Shown: one piece after another, positions 15,707 to 30,092 of the stretch | Layout: each line of letters begins with the position of its first letter | Numbering within the stretch: the stretch's first letter is position 1 | DNA from: Candidatus Izemoplasma sp. | GTDB taxonomy: Bacteria; Bacillota_I; Bacilli_A; Izemoplasmatales; Izemoplasmataceae | DNA length: 64,000 nucleotides | Reading direction: 5' to 3' | Assembly (NCBI GenBank): GCA_021736205.1 | Contig: JAIPGF010000003.1 | Coordinates: 7,772-71,771 of the forward strand | Notes under the pieces: model-generated | What the model saw: the letters and a program-made list of their open reading frames with translations, nothing else | What the model was told of the DNA's origin: nothing | Databases searched by the model: none | Translations under genes and position numbers: made by a program

Positions 15707-16153
15707 TTAATTCGCTAAAAACGGATATGTTCCATTATTTATTTGTTCCATCATTAATAAGACTTTGTCAGAACCCACTTGCAAATCAATTACCACGTTG
15801 TTTCTAACAAATATCATTGTGGGTGTTCCCGTTAATGTTATGCCATCAAACGGATCTAATACCGAACTGGGACTCCCCGCAGTTGAACTGCTTTCAGATA
15901 AATAAACTTTTAAATCAGCTTGGTTACTATCTGCAAACTCTAACACATCAACTTTGATTTGGGTACAATAGCCACAATTTTCCCCATACCAATAAATAAC
16001 ATAGGTCTCTTCTGGCATTTGTGGAAACTCTTCATAACTTGAAATGTGTTTAAATGAATCATAGTCTAGCGAATCATCTACTGCATTGAAAATAAAAACA
16101 CTTGCGATTAATGCAATAAATATCCCGCCAAATCCATATATTAAATACTTCAA
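15707..16153 (-). CDS. membrane-anchored thioredoxin-like protein
   Basis: 148 aa with an N-terminal TM, a CGYC redox motif (WYGENCGYCTQ) and a TPTMIF cis-Pro region. Confidence 0.6.
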   Translation of the reverse strand: MKYLIYGFGGIFIALIASVFIFNAVDDSLDYDSFKHISSYEEFPQMPEETYVIYWYGENCGYCTQIKVDVLEFADSNQADLKVYLSESSSTAGSPSSVLDPFDGITLTGTPTMIFVRNNVVIDLQVGSDKVLLMMEQINNGTYPFLAN

Positions 16154-16297
16154 AATTTATCTCCTTGTTTATTTCTTGATGAATTTCTTGGTGTCATTAT
16201 TATCACTCCTATTTCTTAACTATTTTAATAAAGATACGGCTTAAATGCAAGTGATTAAATCATTTAAAAAGAAAAGAGAGAAACACAAAGGTTTACT

Positions 16298-16648
16298 CTA
16301 CTCTTCAATACTACACATAGCGACTGCAAAGTTTCTTGAATGACTAATACTAATTAAGACAGTATCTTTTGGTCGATATGTCGAAACTATATAAGGTGCC
16401 CCTGTTTGATCGTTTAAAACTGTTACATCTTTAAAATTTAACGGTGTGTCAAATTGCTTGTAAGCCTTAGTATATGCTTCTTTAGCTGCAAAACGACCAG
16501 CTAAATATGATATTTTACGTTTTGTATGTGTGATTGAATTGTACTTTTCAAGTTCTCTTTCACTTAAAATCCTATGGATAAATTTATCACTTAAACGTTC
16601 CTTAATTTCTTCAAATTCTACAATATCAATTCCAATAGAACTACTCAT
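16298..16648 (-). CDS. acpS: holo-[acyl-carrier-protein] synthase
   Basis: 116 aa. IGIDIVEFEEI, FAAKEAYTKA and ISISHS are AcpS hallmarks. It overlaps whiA by 8 nt. Confidence 0.85.
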   Translation of the reverse strand: MSSSIGIDIVEFEEIKERLSDKFIHRILSERELEKYNSITHTKRKISYLAGRFAAKEAYTKAYKQFDTPLNFKDVTVLNDQTGAPYIVSTYRPKDTVLISISHSRNFAVAMCSIEE

Positions 16649-17582
16649 TTAAATCACGGATAATTTTTTCTGCTAACTCATGAATATTTCTAAATCGATG
16701 ATTTAATGCCGACTTTGAAATCGTTTTATTAAACATATCCTCACTTTTTTCTGAGAGTTCTCTCAAACTTGATTCTGGGTATTTCTTTCTTAATTTAATA
16801 GCTTCTTGAAGGGTTTTTGGTAGTTTTTCAACTTCCATCATGTTTTCTAACACACTAATACTTCTTAAATGCTTAGCTGCAGCTTCTAATGTTTTATTTT
16901 GATTAGCAATGTCCATATTCATCACGCGTGTAATACTATTAACAAAATCACGTTTTATTCGTTCATCTTCATACGATAACAAGGCATTATGTGCTCCAAC
17001 TAATCTTAAAAAGTCACTTATTCTTTCGGCTTCTTTAATATAAGCAATAAACCCTTTTTTACGGCTCAAAAACTTAGCATTTAATTCAAAATAATTGAGT
17101 AAATCAACAATATTATCTGCATCTGATTCTCTATCTGTATGAATCTCAAAATGATAACCACTACTTTTAGGTGAATTAATTGATCCACTAGCTAAGAAAG
17201 CACCACGTAAAAATGATACTTTACAACACTCTCTAACTAATAATGGGTCACTTAAAATGTTCGTTGTTTCTTCTAATAAATTAAGTTCTCCTACAATCTT
17301 GGATGATTGATCATGAATACCTACTATAATTGAATCATGTTGATTTAATTTCGTTTGTTTTTTTCGTTTTACTTCAACCTCAATTTGATACATCCGTTTG
17401 ATAAATGCAATAACACGACGGCTGATAGATAAATTGGTACTTTTAAATTCAACACTTAATCCTTCACTTGTAATATGTAAATCGCCATTTATTCTTAAGA
17501 GTGCAGCAAGTTCAGATAAAACGCAACAATCTGATAATTTAACGTTTAATAATTCACTTTTTACATCGCCAGCAAAACTCAT
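16641..17582 (-). CDS. whiA: DNA-binding sporulation/cell-division regulator WhiA
   Basis: 313 aa. It has the MSFAGDVKSEL start, a LAGLIDADG-like core and a C-terminal HTH (ISKSALNHRFRNI). Confidence 0.9.
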   Translation of the reverse strand: MSFAGDVKSELLNVKLSDCCVLSELAALLRINGDLHITSEGLSVEFKSTNLSISRRVIAFIKRMYQIEVEVKRKKQTKLNQHDSIIVGIHDQSSKIVGELNLLEETTNILSDPLLVRECCKVSFLRGAFLASGSINSPKSSGYHFEIHTDRESDADNIVDLLNYFELNAKFLSRKKGFIAYIKEAERISDFLRLVGAHNALLSYEDERIKRDFVNSITRVMNMDIANQNKTLEAAAKHLRSISVLENMMEVEKLPKTLQEAIKLRKKYPESSLRELSEKSEDMFNKTISKSALNHRFRNIHELAEKIIRDLNE

Positions 17583-17680
17583 TCAAATCACCTCAAAACT
17601 GTGTATTAAGTATAACAAATATCGATTAAAAAGTCTATCTAATGAAAAAAATGCATCCTTTAAAGGATGCATTAATTCAA

Positions 17681-18607
17681 TTATTCTTTATTTGATTTTT
17701 CTAAATACTTCGAAGCTTGAACAGCAGCAATACTTCCATCAGAAGCGGCTGTTACAATCTGGCGCAACTCTTTGTCAACAACATCTCCAATCGCGAAGAC
17801 ACCCGGTACATCAGTTTCCATATGTGCATTTACATTGATGTATCCCCATTTATTTAAAATACCTAACTCTTTAGCAAATTCTGCTTTCGGTACTTGTCCA
17901 ATAAATACAAAGGTTCCTTCAACATCTAACTCTTCTGTTTCACCTGTTTTGACATTCTTAAGTGTTAGTCCATTTAATGAATCTTCTCCATTAAATGAAG
18001 CAACTTCGTATCCTAATTTAAAGTCCATTTTACCAGTTTCTTTAGCATCTTCGACTGCTACTTGATCCGCTTGAAGTGACGGTAAAATATTAACAACTGT
18101 AATATGCTTTACTGTTTTTGCTAGATAAACAGCTTCTTCAATCGCACTGTTTCCCCCACCAATAACAGCAATTTCTTTATCATTAAAGAATGCACCATCA
18201 CATATCGCACAATAACTAACACCTTTCCCTGAAAGTTTTTCTTCTCCAGGTGCTCCAGTTTTACGCGGTATCGTTCCAGACGCAATTATAACTGCCCCTG
18301 CTTCATACACATCACCACTAGCAGTATGAACTTCTTTGGTCTTTCCTTTATCCTCTATTTTTGTCACATCACCGTATTTATATCCTACACCAAGTTCTTG
18401 TGTATGATCAAACATTTGTTGACTTAAGTCAAATCCACTAATCGTTCCAGACCCTGTCCAGTTTTCAATTTCGTTGGTATTCATCATATTACCACCAGGT
18501 GCAGCTTTTTCTAGCATCACTGTCTTTAATCCAGAGCGTTGTGCATAGATCCCAGCAGTCATTCCACCAGGTCCTGCTCCTATAATAACAACATCATATT
18601 TTTCCAT
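17681..18607 (-). CDS. trxB: thioredoxin-disulfide reductase
   Basis: It has GAGPGG FAD and GGGNSA NADPH motifs and the redox CAICDG motif. The ATG at 18607 lies behind GAGGTG; the ORF-track GTG is at 18616. Confidence 0.9.
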   Translation of the reverse strand: MEKYDVVIIGAGPGGMTAGIYAQRSGLKTVMLEKAAPGGNMMNTNEIENWTGSGTISGFDLSQQMFDHTQELGVGYKYGDVTKIEDKGKTKEVHTASGDVYEAGAVIIASGTIPRKTGAPGEEKLSGKGVSYCAICDGAFFNDKEIAVIGGGNSAIEEAVYLAKTVKHITVVNILPSLQADQVAVEDAKETGKMDFKLGYEVASFNGEDSLNGLTLKNVKTGETEELDVEGTFVFIGQVPKAEFAKELGILNKWGYINVNAHMETDVPGVFAIGDVVDKELRQIVTAASDGSIAAVQASKYLEKSNKE

Positions 18608-18657
18608 TTTATTCACCTCGAATAGATTATAATATATTATAAAATTTATTTAAATAA

Positions 18658-19548
18658 TTATGCGTTTTTATGTTCTTTTAGTACTTCCACATATCGTTTT
18701 GGCTTTAATACCATACGGCTAAAGACTAAGAATCCAATCCCACCAAGTATCATTATAATTGAAATTATTTGTGCTGTTCTTAATCCCGTGTTTCCAATGT
18801 ATAAACTATCGGTACGCATTCCTTCAATAAAGAAGCGTCCGATACTATACCAAATAGCATATACAGCTAATAAATCACCACGTCTTGTGAATTTAAGTCG
18901 TCTTAAAATCAACATAATGCCAAATCCAACAATATTCCAGACACTTTCATAAAGAAATGTCGGATGATAATAATTAAGTCCATCTGGACCATATAGATAC
19001 ATGTTGTTCGTTATGAAGTCGGGTAGATAGAGTGTTTCTGATAAAAAGGCACGCTGCTTATCTAAACTTAAAACAGCATCTCCATTCATCACACCACCAA
19101 TAACACCACCATGAGCTTCTTGATTAAAGAAATTCCCCCAACGACCAAAAGCTTGAGCAATAATAAATCCAGGAGCCATAAGATCAAATGTACTTAGAAA
19201 ATTAATCCCTTTCCATTTGGTATAAAAGTAAGCACTAATAAAGGCAGTAAATATCCCACCATGAATGGCGAGACCGCCATCTGTAATACTAAAGATCTTC
19301 ACAATGTCCCACGCATAGCGCTCCCACTCAAAAATCACATACCAAAGACGTGTACCGACAATAGAAAGTGGCACAATAATCAATACACCATCAATAATAT
19401 CATCTGTTTTAATTCCTAGTTTTTTTCCTTCTTGTATAGCTAGTAAAAATGCCACAACAATTCCTGACATTATCATAAAACTGTATTTATACCATGTGAT
19501 AAAACCTAAATCTAAAAAGATATTGTTTATTGGGTCATATATATGCAT
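18658..19548 (-). CDS. lgt: prolipoprotein diacylglyceryl transferase
   Basis: 296 aa polytopic protein with HGGIF, GRWGNFFNQEA and HPTFLYES motifs. Confidence 0.9.
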   Translation of the reverse strand: MHIYDPINNIFLDLGFITWYKYSFMIMSGIVVAFLLAIQEGKKLGIKTDDIIDGVLIIVPLSIVGTRLWYVIFEWERYAWDIVKIFSITDGGLAIHGGIFTAFISAYFYTKWKGINFLSTFDLMAPGFIIAQAFGRWGNFFNQEAHGGVIGGVMNGDAVLSLDKQRAFLSETLYLPDFITNNMYLYGPDGLNYYHPTFLYESVWNIVGFGIMLILRRLKFTRRGDLLAVYAIWYSIGRFFIEGMRTDSLYIGNTGLRTAQIISIIMILGGIGFLVFSRMVLKPKRYVEVLKEHKNA

Positions 19549-19553
19549 TTATA

Positions 19554-20480
19554 TCATCCTTCGTTTTTGTCAGTGAGTACTTTCATCACTGAATCACTGA
19601 ATTCTTGTGCACTGTTTTCACCCAAGAATTTTAATCTAGCGTTAACAGCTGCGACTTCAATTAATGAAGCGACATTTCTACCTTCTGAAATGGGTAATTT
19701 AATATGAGCAACTTTCGTATCAAAAAACTCAATAGTCTTTTCATCTAGACCTAAACGATCATAATCTTTTTTAGAATCCCAGTGCTCTAAATCAATCACC
19801 AACATAATCTTTTTGTTTTCTTTAAATGCTCTTGCACCAAAAAGTTTAACAACATTAATAATACCTATCCCTCTGATTTCAAGATAACGTTGTGTAATCT
19901 CAGGCGCTTCCCCAACAACAATACCGATTTCACGTTGATACATATCAACGCGATCATCACTCACTAATTGATGTCCTCTACGAATTAACTCAAGCGCTGT
20001 CTCGCTTTTACCTAATCCACTTTTTCCACGGATTAAAACGCCAACCCCGTTAATATCAACCAACGTGCCATGTAATGTCATACGTTCTGCAAGTTTGGCA
20101 TTTAAGTATTGATATAAACTACTAATAAGTGCACTAGTACGTTTTGCTGATTTCAATACCGGGATTCCATAATCATGTCCTTTTTGAATAAAAATATCTG
20201 GTATTTCAGTATTTTTACTAAATACAAACATAGGGGGGTGTTTCTCAAATAACATATCAACGCGTATTTCTTGGTCGTTTTCATTTAACCAATGGAAGAA
20301 TGTTACTTCTTTAGATCCTAATACTTGTACACGTTCAAACTCATAGAAATCAAACAACCCTGCTAGTTCCATTCCTGGGCGCGAGACTTGATCCATCTTT
20401 ATTTCTGTATCTAATCCCTTTTCACCACTAACGACAGAAAGTTTAAATGCTTTTACTAAATCATTAACAATCAAAGACAT
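19554..20480 (-). CDS. hprK: HPr kinase/phosphorylase
   Basis: 308 aa with the Walker A motif GKSGLGKSE and the LEIRGIGIINV signature. Confidence 0.95.
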   Translation of the reverse strand: MSLIVNDLVKAFKLSVVSGEKGLDTEIKMDQVSRPGMELAGLFDFYEFERVQVLGSKEVTFFHWLNENDQEIRVDMLFEKHPPMFVFSKNTEIPDIFIQKGHDYGIPVLKSAKRTSALISSLYQYLNAKLAERMTLHGTLVDINGVGVLIRGKSGLGKSETALELIRRGHQLVSDDRVDMYQREIGIVVGEAPEITQRYLEIRGIGIINVVKLFGARAFKENKKIMLVIDLEHWDSKKDYDRLGLDEKTIEFFDTKVAHIKLPISEGRNVASLIEVAAVNARLKFLGENSAQEFSDSVMKVLTDKNEG

Positions 20481-20488
20481 ATAATCAC

Positions 20489-21076
20489 CTATTTCTTATG
20501 ACGCAAGTAACGTCTAATTCCCATACCGAGAAAATACCTTATCCCTGTAAAAATCAATACAAAGAACACAAGTAGTGTCTCGTTTATAAAGTTAAATTTA
20601 TCTATAAACACATATTTATCAATTAAATAAAATATCATGACATACCCAAAGTAGAAAATTGTTCCAAATGAGCGAAATATTAATTTGAAATGCCGTATAA
20701 AGATGTAAGATTTAAATAGTTCCTCAATAAACGTGTAGAAAAGAATGACTAATGCAAAAAACATAATCTCTCTATATTCAGCGAATTTAAACACTTCTAT
20801 GACAAGATAAGCGAGCGTAAAATTCAATATTAAATTGAATAAAAAATTAATAATTTTATTATGATGAAATACCGCTCCAAACTCGATCATGATGAGCCCT
20901 TTTTTCTTTTTGGGTTTCTTTTTTGACTTTTTTTCTTGCATTTCCTTAATTAATTTTTTTAAGTCATTAACTTGTTTTTGTTTTTTCTCGTCCTTTTTTT
21001 CACGATCTTCTTTATTTAATTTCTTGTCTGTCTTTTTAGACTCTTTTTCTTGATCATCGTTCTTCTTCCCCATCAT
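20489..21076 (-). CDS. hypothetical membrane protein with a Lys/Glu-rich N-terminal tail
   Basis: 195 aa. The first 60 or so residues are highly charged (KKSKKKPKKKKG), followed by 4 predicted TM helices. Its start overlaps the uvrA stop (ATGA). Confidence 0.5.
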   Translation of the reverse strand: MMGKKNDDQEKESKKTDKKLNKEDREKKDEKKQKQVNDLKKLIKEMQEKKSKKKPKKKKGLIMIEFGAVFHHNKIINFLFNLILNFTLAYLVIEVFKFAEYREIMFFALVILFYTFIEELFKSYIFIRHFKLIFRSFGTIFYFGYVMIFYLIDKYVFIDKFNFINETLLVFFVLIFTGIRYFLGMGIRRYLRHKK

Positions 21077-23889
21077 GACACCTCCAATACATGTTTAAGA
21101 TATTTTCCTGTATAACTAGTTGGATGTTTTGCTACTTCTTCAGGTGTTCCTGATGTAACTATCTCTCCACCTTTGTCGCCACCTTCAGGGCCTAGATCAA
21201 TAATATGATCTGCAACCTTTATCACATCAAGATTATGTTCAATAATAACAACAGTTGCTCCCTTATCTACGATAAAACCAATAACTTTAAGTAATCTTTT
21301 TACATCATCGCTATGAAGACCCGTTGTTGGTTCATCTAATATATAAAGTGTATCTTTTGTTATACGTTTATGAAGTTCACTGGCTAACTTAACCCGTTGT
21401 GCTTCTCCACCACTTAGTGTCGTTGCTTGTTGGCCAATTTTTAAATACCCCAGCCCAACATTTACCAATGTATCAAGTTTACGTTTTGCTTTAGGGATAT
21501 TCTTAAAGAATTCACTTGCTTCATCAATTGTCATATTTAAAACATCACTGATGTTTTTACCTTTGTATTTAACTTCAAGTGTTTCAGAGTTATAACGGGT
21601 TCCATGACACACTTCACAAGGTACATACACATCAGGTAAAAAATGCATCTCAATCTTGTTAACACCGCCACCAGAACAGGCTTCACAACGTCCACCTTTA
21701 ACATTAAAACTAAAGCGACCTTTTTTATACCCACGTAATTTTGCTTCATTTGTTTTAGCAAAGATATCTCTAATATCATCAAATACTTTGGTATATGTTG
21801 CTGGGTTAGAACGTGGTGTTCGTCCTATAGGTGATTGATCAATATTAATAATCTTCTCAAAATGTTTAACATTTTTTAAAGAATCAAACTCTCCTTGCTT
21901 ACGTTTTTTACGGTAAATCATATTACTGAGTCCTTTATATAAGCACTCATTAACTAAACTAGATTTTCCACTACCGCTTACACCTGTTATAACATTTAAC
22001 ACACCTTTTGGGATTTCAACATTAATGTTTTTTAAGTTGTTTTGTCTTGCGCCATTTAACTTAATAAAGCCATTTCCCAGTTCTCTCCTTTTAGCAGGGA
22101 CAGGTACTTTTAAGACACCAGATAAATATTTACCAGTAATACTTTTTGTGTCTTTTAATATTTCATCATATGTTCCTTGGAATGTTACAGTACCCCCATA
22201 AAGTCCTGCTTTAGGACCAATATCTATAATTTGATCAGCCGCTTTCATTGTTTCTTCATCGTGTTCAACAACAATAAGTGTATTCCCAATATCACGCATA
22301 TGTTTAAGCGTTTTAATTAATCTTTTATTATCTCTTTGGTGCAGTCCAATGGTTGGTTCATCAAGCACATACAACACACCTGTTAGTTGTGAGCCAATTT
22401 GTGTCGCTAAACGAATACGTTGACTCTCTCCACCACTTAGTGTAGCTGCTTGTCTAGATAATGTTAAATATTCAAGTCCCACGTTTTCTAAAAACTTAAG
22501 ACGTTCTTTTACTTCTTTTAAAACCATTTCTGCAATTTTTTTATCTGTTTTATTTAATTTTAACTGATCAAAAAAGTCTAATGCATTGGCCACACTCTTA
22601 GTTGTCACATCTATAATGTCTAGTCCATCAATTTTTACACTTAATGCCTTATCATTTAATTTTTTTCCGTTACATTTCTCACAAGGTATTTCCGCCATTA
22701 GCTTTTCAATCCAGCCACGCATAAATCTAGAACTTGTCTCCATATAGCGTCGTTCTAAGTTATTTATAACACCTTCGTATTTTTTTGTGCTTGTATGTTT
22801 ATATGTCCCTTTTTTATTTTTTCCTAACTTAAATTCAATTTTGTCTTTTGAACCATATAATATAATATTTAAGTCTTTGGTTTTTAAATCTTTTATGGGT
22901 ATTTTTAAATCAATATTATAATAATCAGCAACTTGTCTAATCATTTGAAAAGCAAGGGTTGATGTGTTTTGCCAACCTTTGATTGCTCCATCAACGATAC
23001 TTAATGATTTATCTGGTATAAGTAAGTCCTTGTCAACACGTTTAGAATGTCCCAGACCATGACAAATTTCACAGGCACCATTTGGCGCATTAAATGAAAA
23101 TAGACGAGGTTCTAAGTCTCCAATACTAAAGTCACAATGGGGACATGAATAATGTTCGCTATATAAATGTTCTTTCCCATCAATTAAAACAACAACTTTT
23201 CCTTCACCAAGTAATGAAGCGGTTTCCAGGCTATCAAATAATCGACTTCTAATGCCTTTTCGCATTTTTAAACGATCGATTACAGCTTGAATTGTATGGC
23301 GTTTATTTTTTTCAAGATTAATCTCATCATCAATATCAATGATTTCACCATTAACGCGTAATCTTACATACCCTTCTTTTTTTAAATCTTCTATTAATTT
23401 CTTATGTGTCCCTTTTTTCTCTTTAACAAGTGGTGCAAGAATAATTAAGCGACCACTAGCTGATGTAAGTATACGATCTGTCATTTCTTCGACTGATTGA
23501 CTTGAAATTTGAATATTATGTGTCGGACATACAGGTTTTCCAATACGTGCAAATAATAATCTTAAGTAATCATAAATTTCTGTGACTGTCCCAACCGTTG
23601 ATCTTGGGTTGTTCGAAGTGGTTTTTTGATCAATGGAAATCGCTGGACTAAGACCTTCGATACTTTCAACTTTTGGTTTCTCCATATTGCCTAAAAACTG
23701 TCTTGCATAGGCACTTAAACTTTCCACATAACGACGTTGTCCTTCTTGGTATATTGTGTCGAATGCTAAACTAGATTTACCACTTCCACTAAGACCTGTC
23801 ATAACAATGAAACTGTTTTTTGGGATTCTTACATCTATATTTTTTAAATTGTTTTCTTTTGCACCTTTTACAAAAATGTCTTGTAACAT
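21073..23889 (-). CDS. uvrA: excinuclease ABC subunit A
   Basis: 938 aa with two ABC ATPase modules (GLSGSGKSS, GVSGSGKSS, two LSGGE motifs) and zinc-finger cysteines. Confidence 0.97.
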   Translation of the reverse strand: MLQDIFVKGAKENNLKNIDVRIPKNSFIVMTGLSGSGKSSLAFDTIYQEGQRRYVESLSAYARQFLGNMEKPKVESIEGLSPAISIDQKTTSNNPRSTVGTVTEIYDYLRLLFARIGKPVCPTHNIQISSQSVEEMTDRILTSASGRLIILAPLVKEKKGTHKKLIEDLKKEGYVRLRVNGEIIDIDDEINLEKNKRHTIQAVIDRLKMRKGIRSRLFDSLETASLLGEGKVVVLIDGKEHLYSEHYSCPHCDFSIGDLEPRLFSFNAPNGACEICHGLGHSKRVDKDLLIPDKSLSIVDGAIKGWQNTSTLAFQMIRQVADYYNIDLKIPIKDLKTKDLNIILYGSKDKIEFKLGKNKKGTYKHTSTKKYEGVINNLERRYMETSSRFMRGWIEKLMAEIPCEKCNGKKLNDKALSVKIDGLDIIDVTTKSVANALDFFDQLKLNKTDKKIAEMVLKEVKERLKFLENVGLEYLTLSRQAATLSGGESQRIRLATQIGSQLTGVLYVLDEPTIGLHQRDNKRLIKTLKHMRDIGNTLIVVEHDEETMKAADQIIDIGPKAGLYGGTVTFQGTYDEILKDTKSITGKYLSGVLKVPVPAKRRELGNGFIKLNGARQNNLKNINVEIPKGVLNVITGVSGSGKSSLVNECLYKGLSNMIYRKKRKQGEFDSLKNVKHFEKIINIDQSPIGRTPRSNPATYTKVFDDIRDIFAKTNEAKLRGYKKGRFSFNVKGGRCEACSGGGVNKIEMHFLPDVYVPCEVCHGTRYNSETLEVKYKGKNISDVLNMTIDEASEFFKNIPKAKRKLDTLVNVGLGYLKIGQQATTLSGGEAQRVKLASELHKRITKDTLYILDEPTTGLHSDDVKRLLKVIGFIVDKGATVVIIEHNLDVIKVADHIIDLGPEGGDKGGEIVTSGTPEEVAKHPTSYTGKYLKHVLEVS

Positions 23890-28073
<4,184 letters not shown>

Positions 28074-28132
28074 TTAAATCACCTAGAAAAATTATATCAA
28101 AAAAAGCCCTAAATTGATAGTGCTTTGTTTGT

Positions 28133-28435
28133 TTAATTAAATTTAAAACGGTATTCTCTCAAATTGATTTTATGATTTTTAAAAACAATACCTTCTTGTT
28201 CTAATAATCTTTTTTGTAAATGTCCGTATTCTCCTTTTAAAGAGATTTTTCCTTGGGCATTAATAACACGATGCCAGGGTAAATTATATTTATCACTCAT
28301 CGAATGAAGAATACGACTAACTTGTCTTGCTCCATGTAAATTACCCGCAACCGCAGCAATTTGACCATATGTCATAACGTTACCATAAGGTATGGACTGT
28401 ATAATATCTAAAACATCTTCTGTGAATTTCTTCAT
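28133..28435 (-). CDS. alkyltransferase-like (ATL) protein: MGMT DNA-binding domain without the acceptor Cys
   Basis: 100 aa. YGQIAAVAG is present, and the active-site PCHRV is replaced by PWHRV, the Trp variant seen in ATL proteins. Confidence 0.8.
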   Translation of the reverse strand: MKKFTEDVLDIIQSIPYGNVMTYGQIAAVAGNLHGARQVSRILHSMSDKYNLPWHRVINAQGKISLKGEYGHLQKRLLEQEGIVFKNHKINLREYRFKFN

Positions 28436-28550
28436 CGTATCACCTACATTAATTATACCATAATCTAATTTAATAATTACATCCTTTTGTTTTGAGGTTC
28501 AAATGTTTTTATTGTATAATGAAACCCATTAAAGATAAGGAGAAGATTAC

Positions 28551-29723
28551 ATGAAAAAAAATACAATTATCTATGTTGTGTCCGGAACATTATTAATGTT
28601 ACTACTTGGTAATGTCTATAGTTACAGTATGTTTAGAATTGAAATTGAGCATTATTTTGGTGTAAATGAATTGAAAAGTGGACTGCCCTATATGTTTATT
28701 CTCTTTTTTTATGCACTTTTTATGTTTGTTAGTGGCATTCTTTACCGTAAATTTGAAAGCGCATATATTGCTTATACAGGTGTGTTTTTAGTAAGTTTTG
28801 GTTACATACTATCTTACTTTGCTAGTTCTATCTTTCTACTAACACTAACATATGGTGTTTTAATAGGTAGTGGAATTGGTATTTTATACTTGTTACCTCT
28901 TAGAATAATATCAGAGTTAAACACGAATAAGCCCGGTTTTATTACCGGTATTGTGTTAATGGGGTTTGGCCTTTCTTCCTTAATTTTTGCGCCATTAATT
29001 AATAGTTCCATTAATTCAGTAGGTCTACATCACACATTTCTTTATTTAGGAGTAACTTATGTGTTTTTATTAAGCATCCTTGTCAACATTCTATTAAAAA
29101 AAGAATCTAAAGCTGAAGATTCTCATATCATTGATTTTCGGGTCGTAAAACAAAAGGCGTTTTATAAACTTTATACCTTATTCTTCATAGGAACTTTTAT
29201 TGGTCTTACCTTAATTGGATTAACGGCAAATATTGGTGTTAAAGTAGTGAACTTACAGGCAGCAGACGTCGCATTACTACTTGGATTATTTGCTATATTT
29301 AACGGTATAGGTAGGCCACTATATGGTCATTTAAATGATACATTTGGATTTAAAATGACGGGTTTAATCTCTTATACAACATTGATATTGAGTAGTGTTT
29401 TATCTTATTTATTAATTGAAAATTCATTTATTTTCATTGTTTCTTTCATTTTATTTTATATTAATTTTGGTGGTTGGCTAGCACTTGCTCCTGGAGCAAC
29501 TTTAAGACTGTTTGGAAAACCACACTATTCATTAAACTACGGCTTAATGTTCACCGCGTATGGACTAGGTGCACTAATTGGAACATTATTCTCAGGTTTT
29601 ATCATAACTTTTATTAACTTAGAATCATTATTCTTGATTATGATCTTCTTAGCTATTATTGGGATCATTATTACGCTCACAATTCCATATAATAAAAAAA
29701 CACTACTTTCTGAACGAAAGTAG
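28551..29723 (+). CDS. MFS transporter (oxalate/formate antiporter-like)
   Basis: 390 aa with about 12 TM helices and a GIGRPLYG loop motif. Confidence 0.7.
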   Translation: MKKNTIIYVVSGTLLMLLLGNVYSYSMFRIEIEHYFGVNELKSGLPYMFILFFYALFMFVSGILYRKFESAYIAYTGVFLVSFGYILSYFASSIFLLTLTYGVLIGSGIGILYLLPLRIISELNTNKPGFITGIVLMGFGLSSLIFAPLINSSINSVGLHHTFLYLGVTYVFLLSILVNILLKKESKAEDSHIIDFRVVKQKAFYKLYTLFFIGTFIGLTLIGLTANIGVKVVNLQAADVALLLGLFAIFNGIGRPLYGHLNDTFGFKMTGLISYTTLILSSVLSYLLIENSFIFIVSFILFYINFGGWLALAPGATLRLFGKPHYSLNYGLMFTAYGLGALIGTLFSGFIITFINLESLFLIMIFLAIIGIIITLTIPYNKKTLLSERK

Positions 29724-29739
29724 TGTTTATTAGATTTGG

Positions 29740-29937
29740 TTATGCGCTCTCTACATTTTCAGCTTGAGGACCTTTGTCGGTCTCAGTGATTTCAAATGTA
29801 ACGGCTTCTCCTTCATCTAAAGTTTTGAATCCGTCTTTCTGAATTTGAGAGTAATGTACGAAATAGTCATTACCTTCTTCATCAGTGATGAATCCAAACC
29901 CTTTTTCTGAGTTGAACCATTTTACTGTTCCAGTCAT
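29740..29937 (-). CDS. cold-shock protein (CspA family)
   Basis: [17 protein letters not shown] and DYFVHYS are the RNP1/RNP2 motifs. The ATG at 29937 follows GGAGG, and the ORF-track start at 29952 contains that RBS. Confidence 0.95.
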   Translation of the reverse strand: MTGTVKWFNSEKGFGFITDEEGNDYFVHYSQIQKDGFKTLDEGEAVTFEITETDKGPQAENVESA

Positions 29938-30092
29938 GTTTGTTACCTCCATATTTTAGTTTTGACATGCGAATACTACTGATTCTTTGATAAAAATATA
30001 AAAGTAACTAACTTCAATTTTTATTTTTTCAGATTCTTCTTTGTGCCTAACTATAATGATACATCTTTTTTAAAATAATGCAAGTGAAATAG

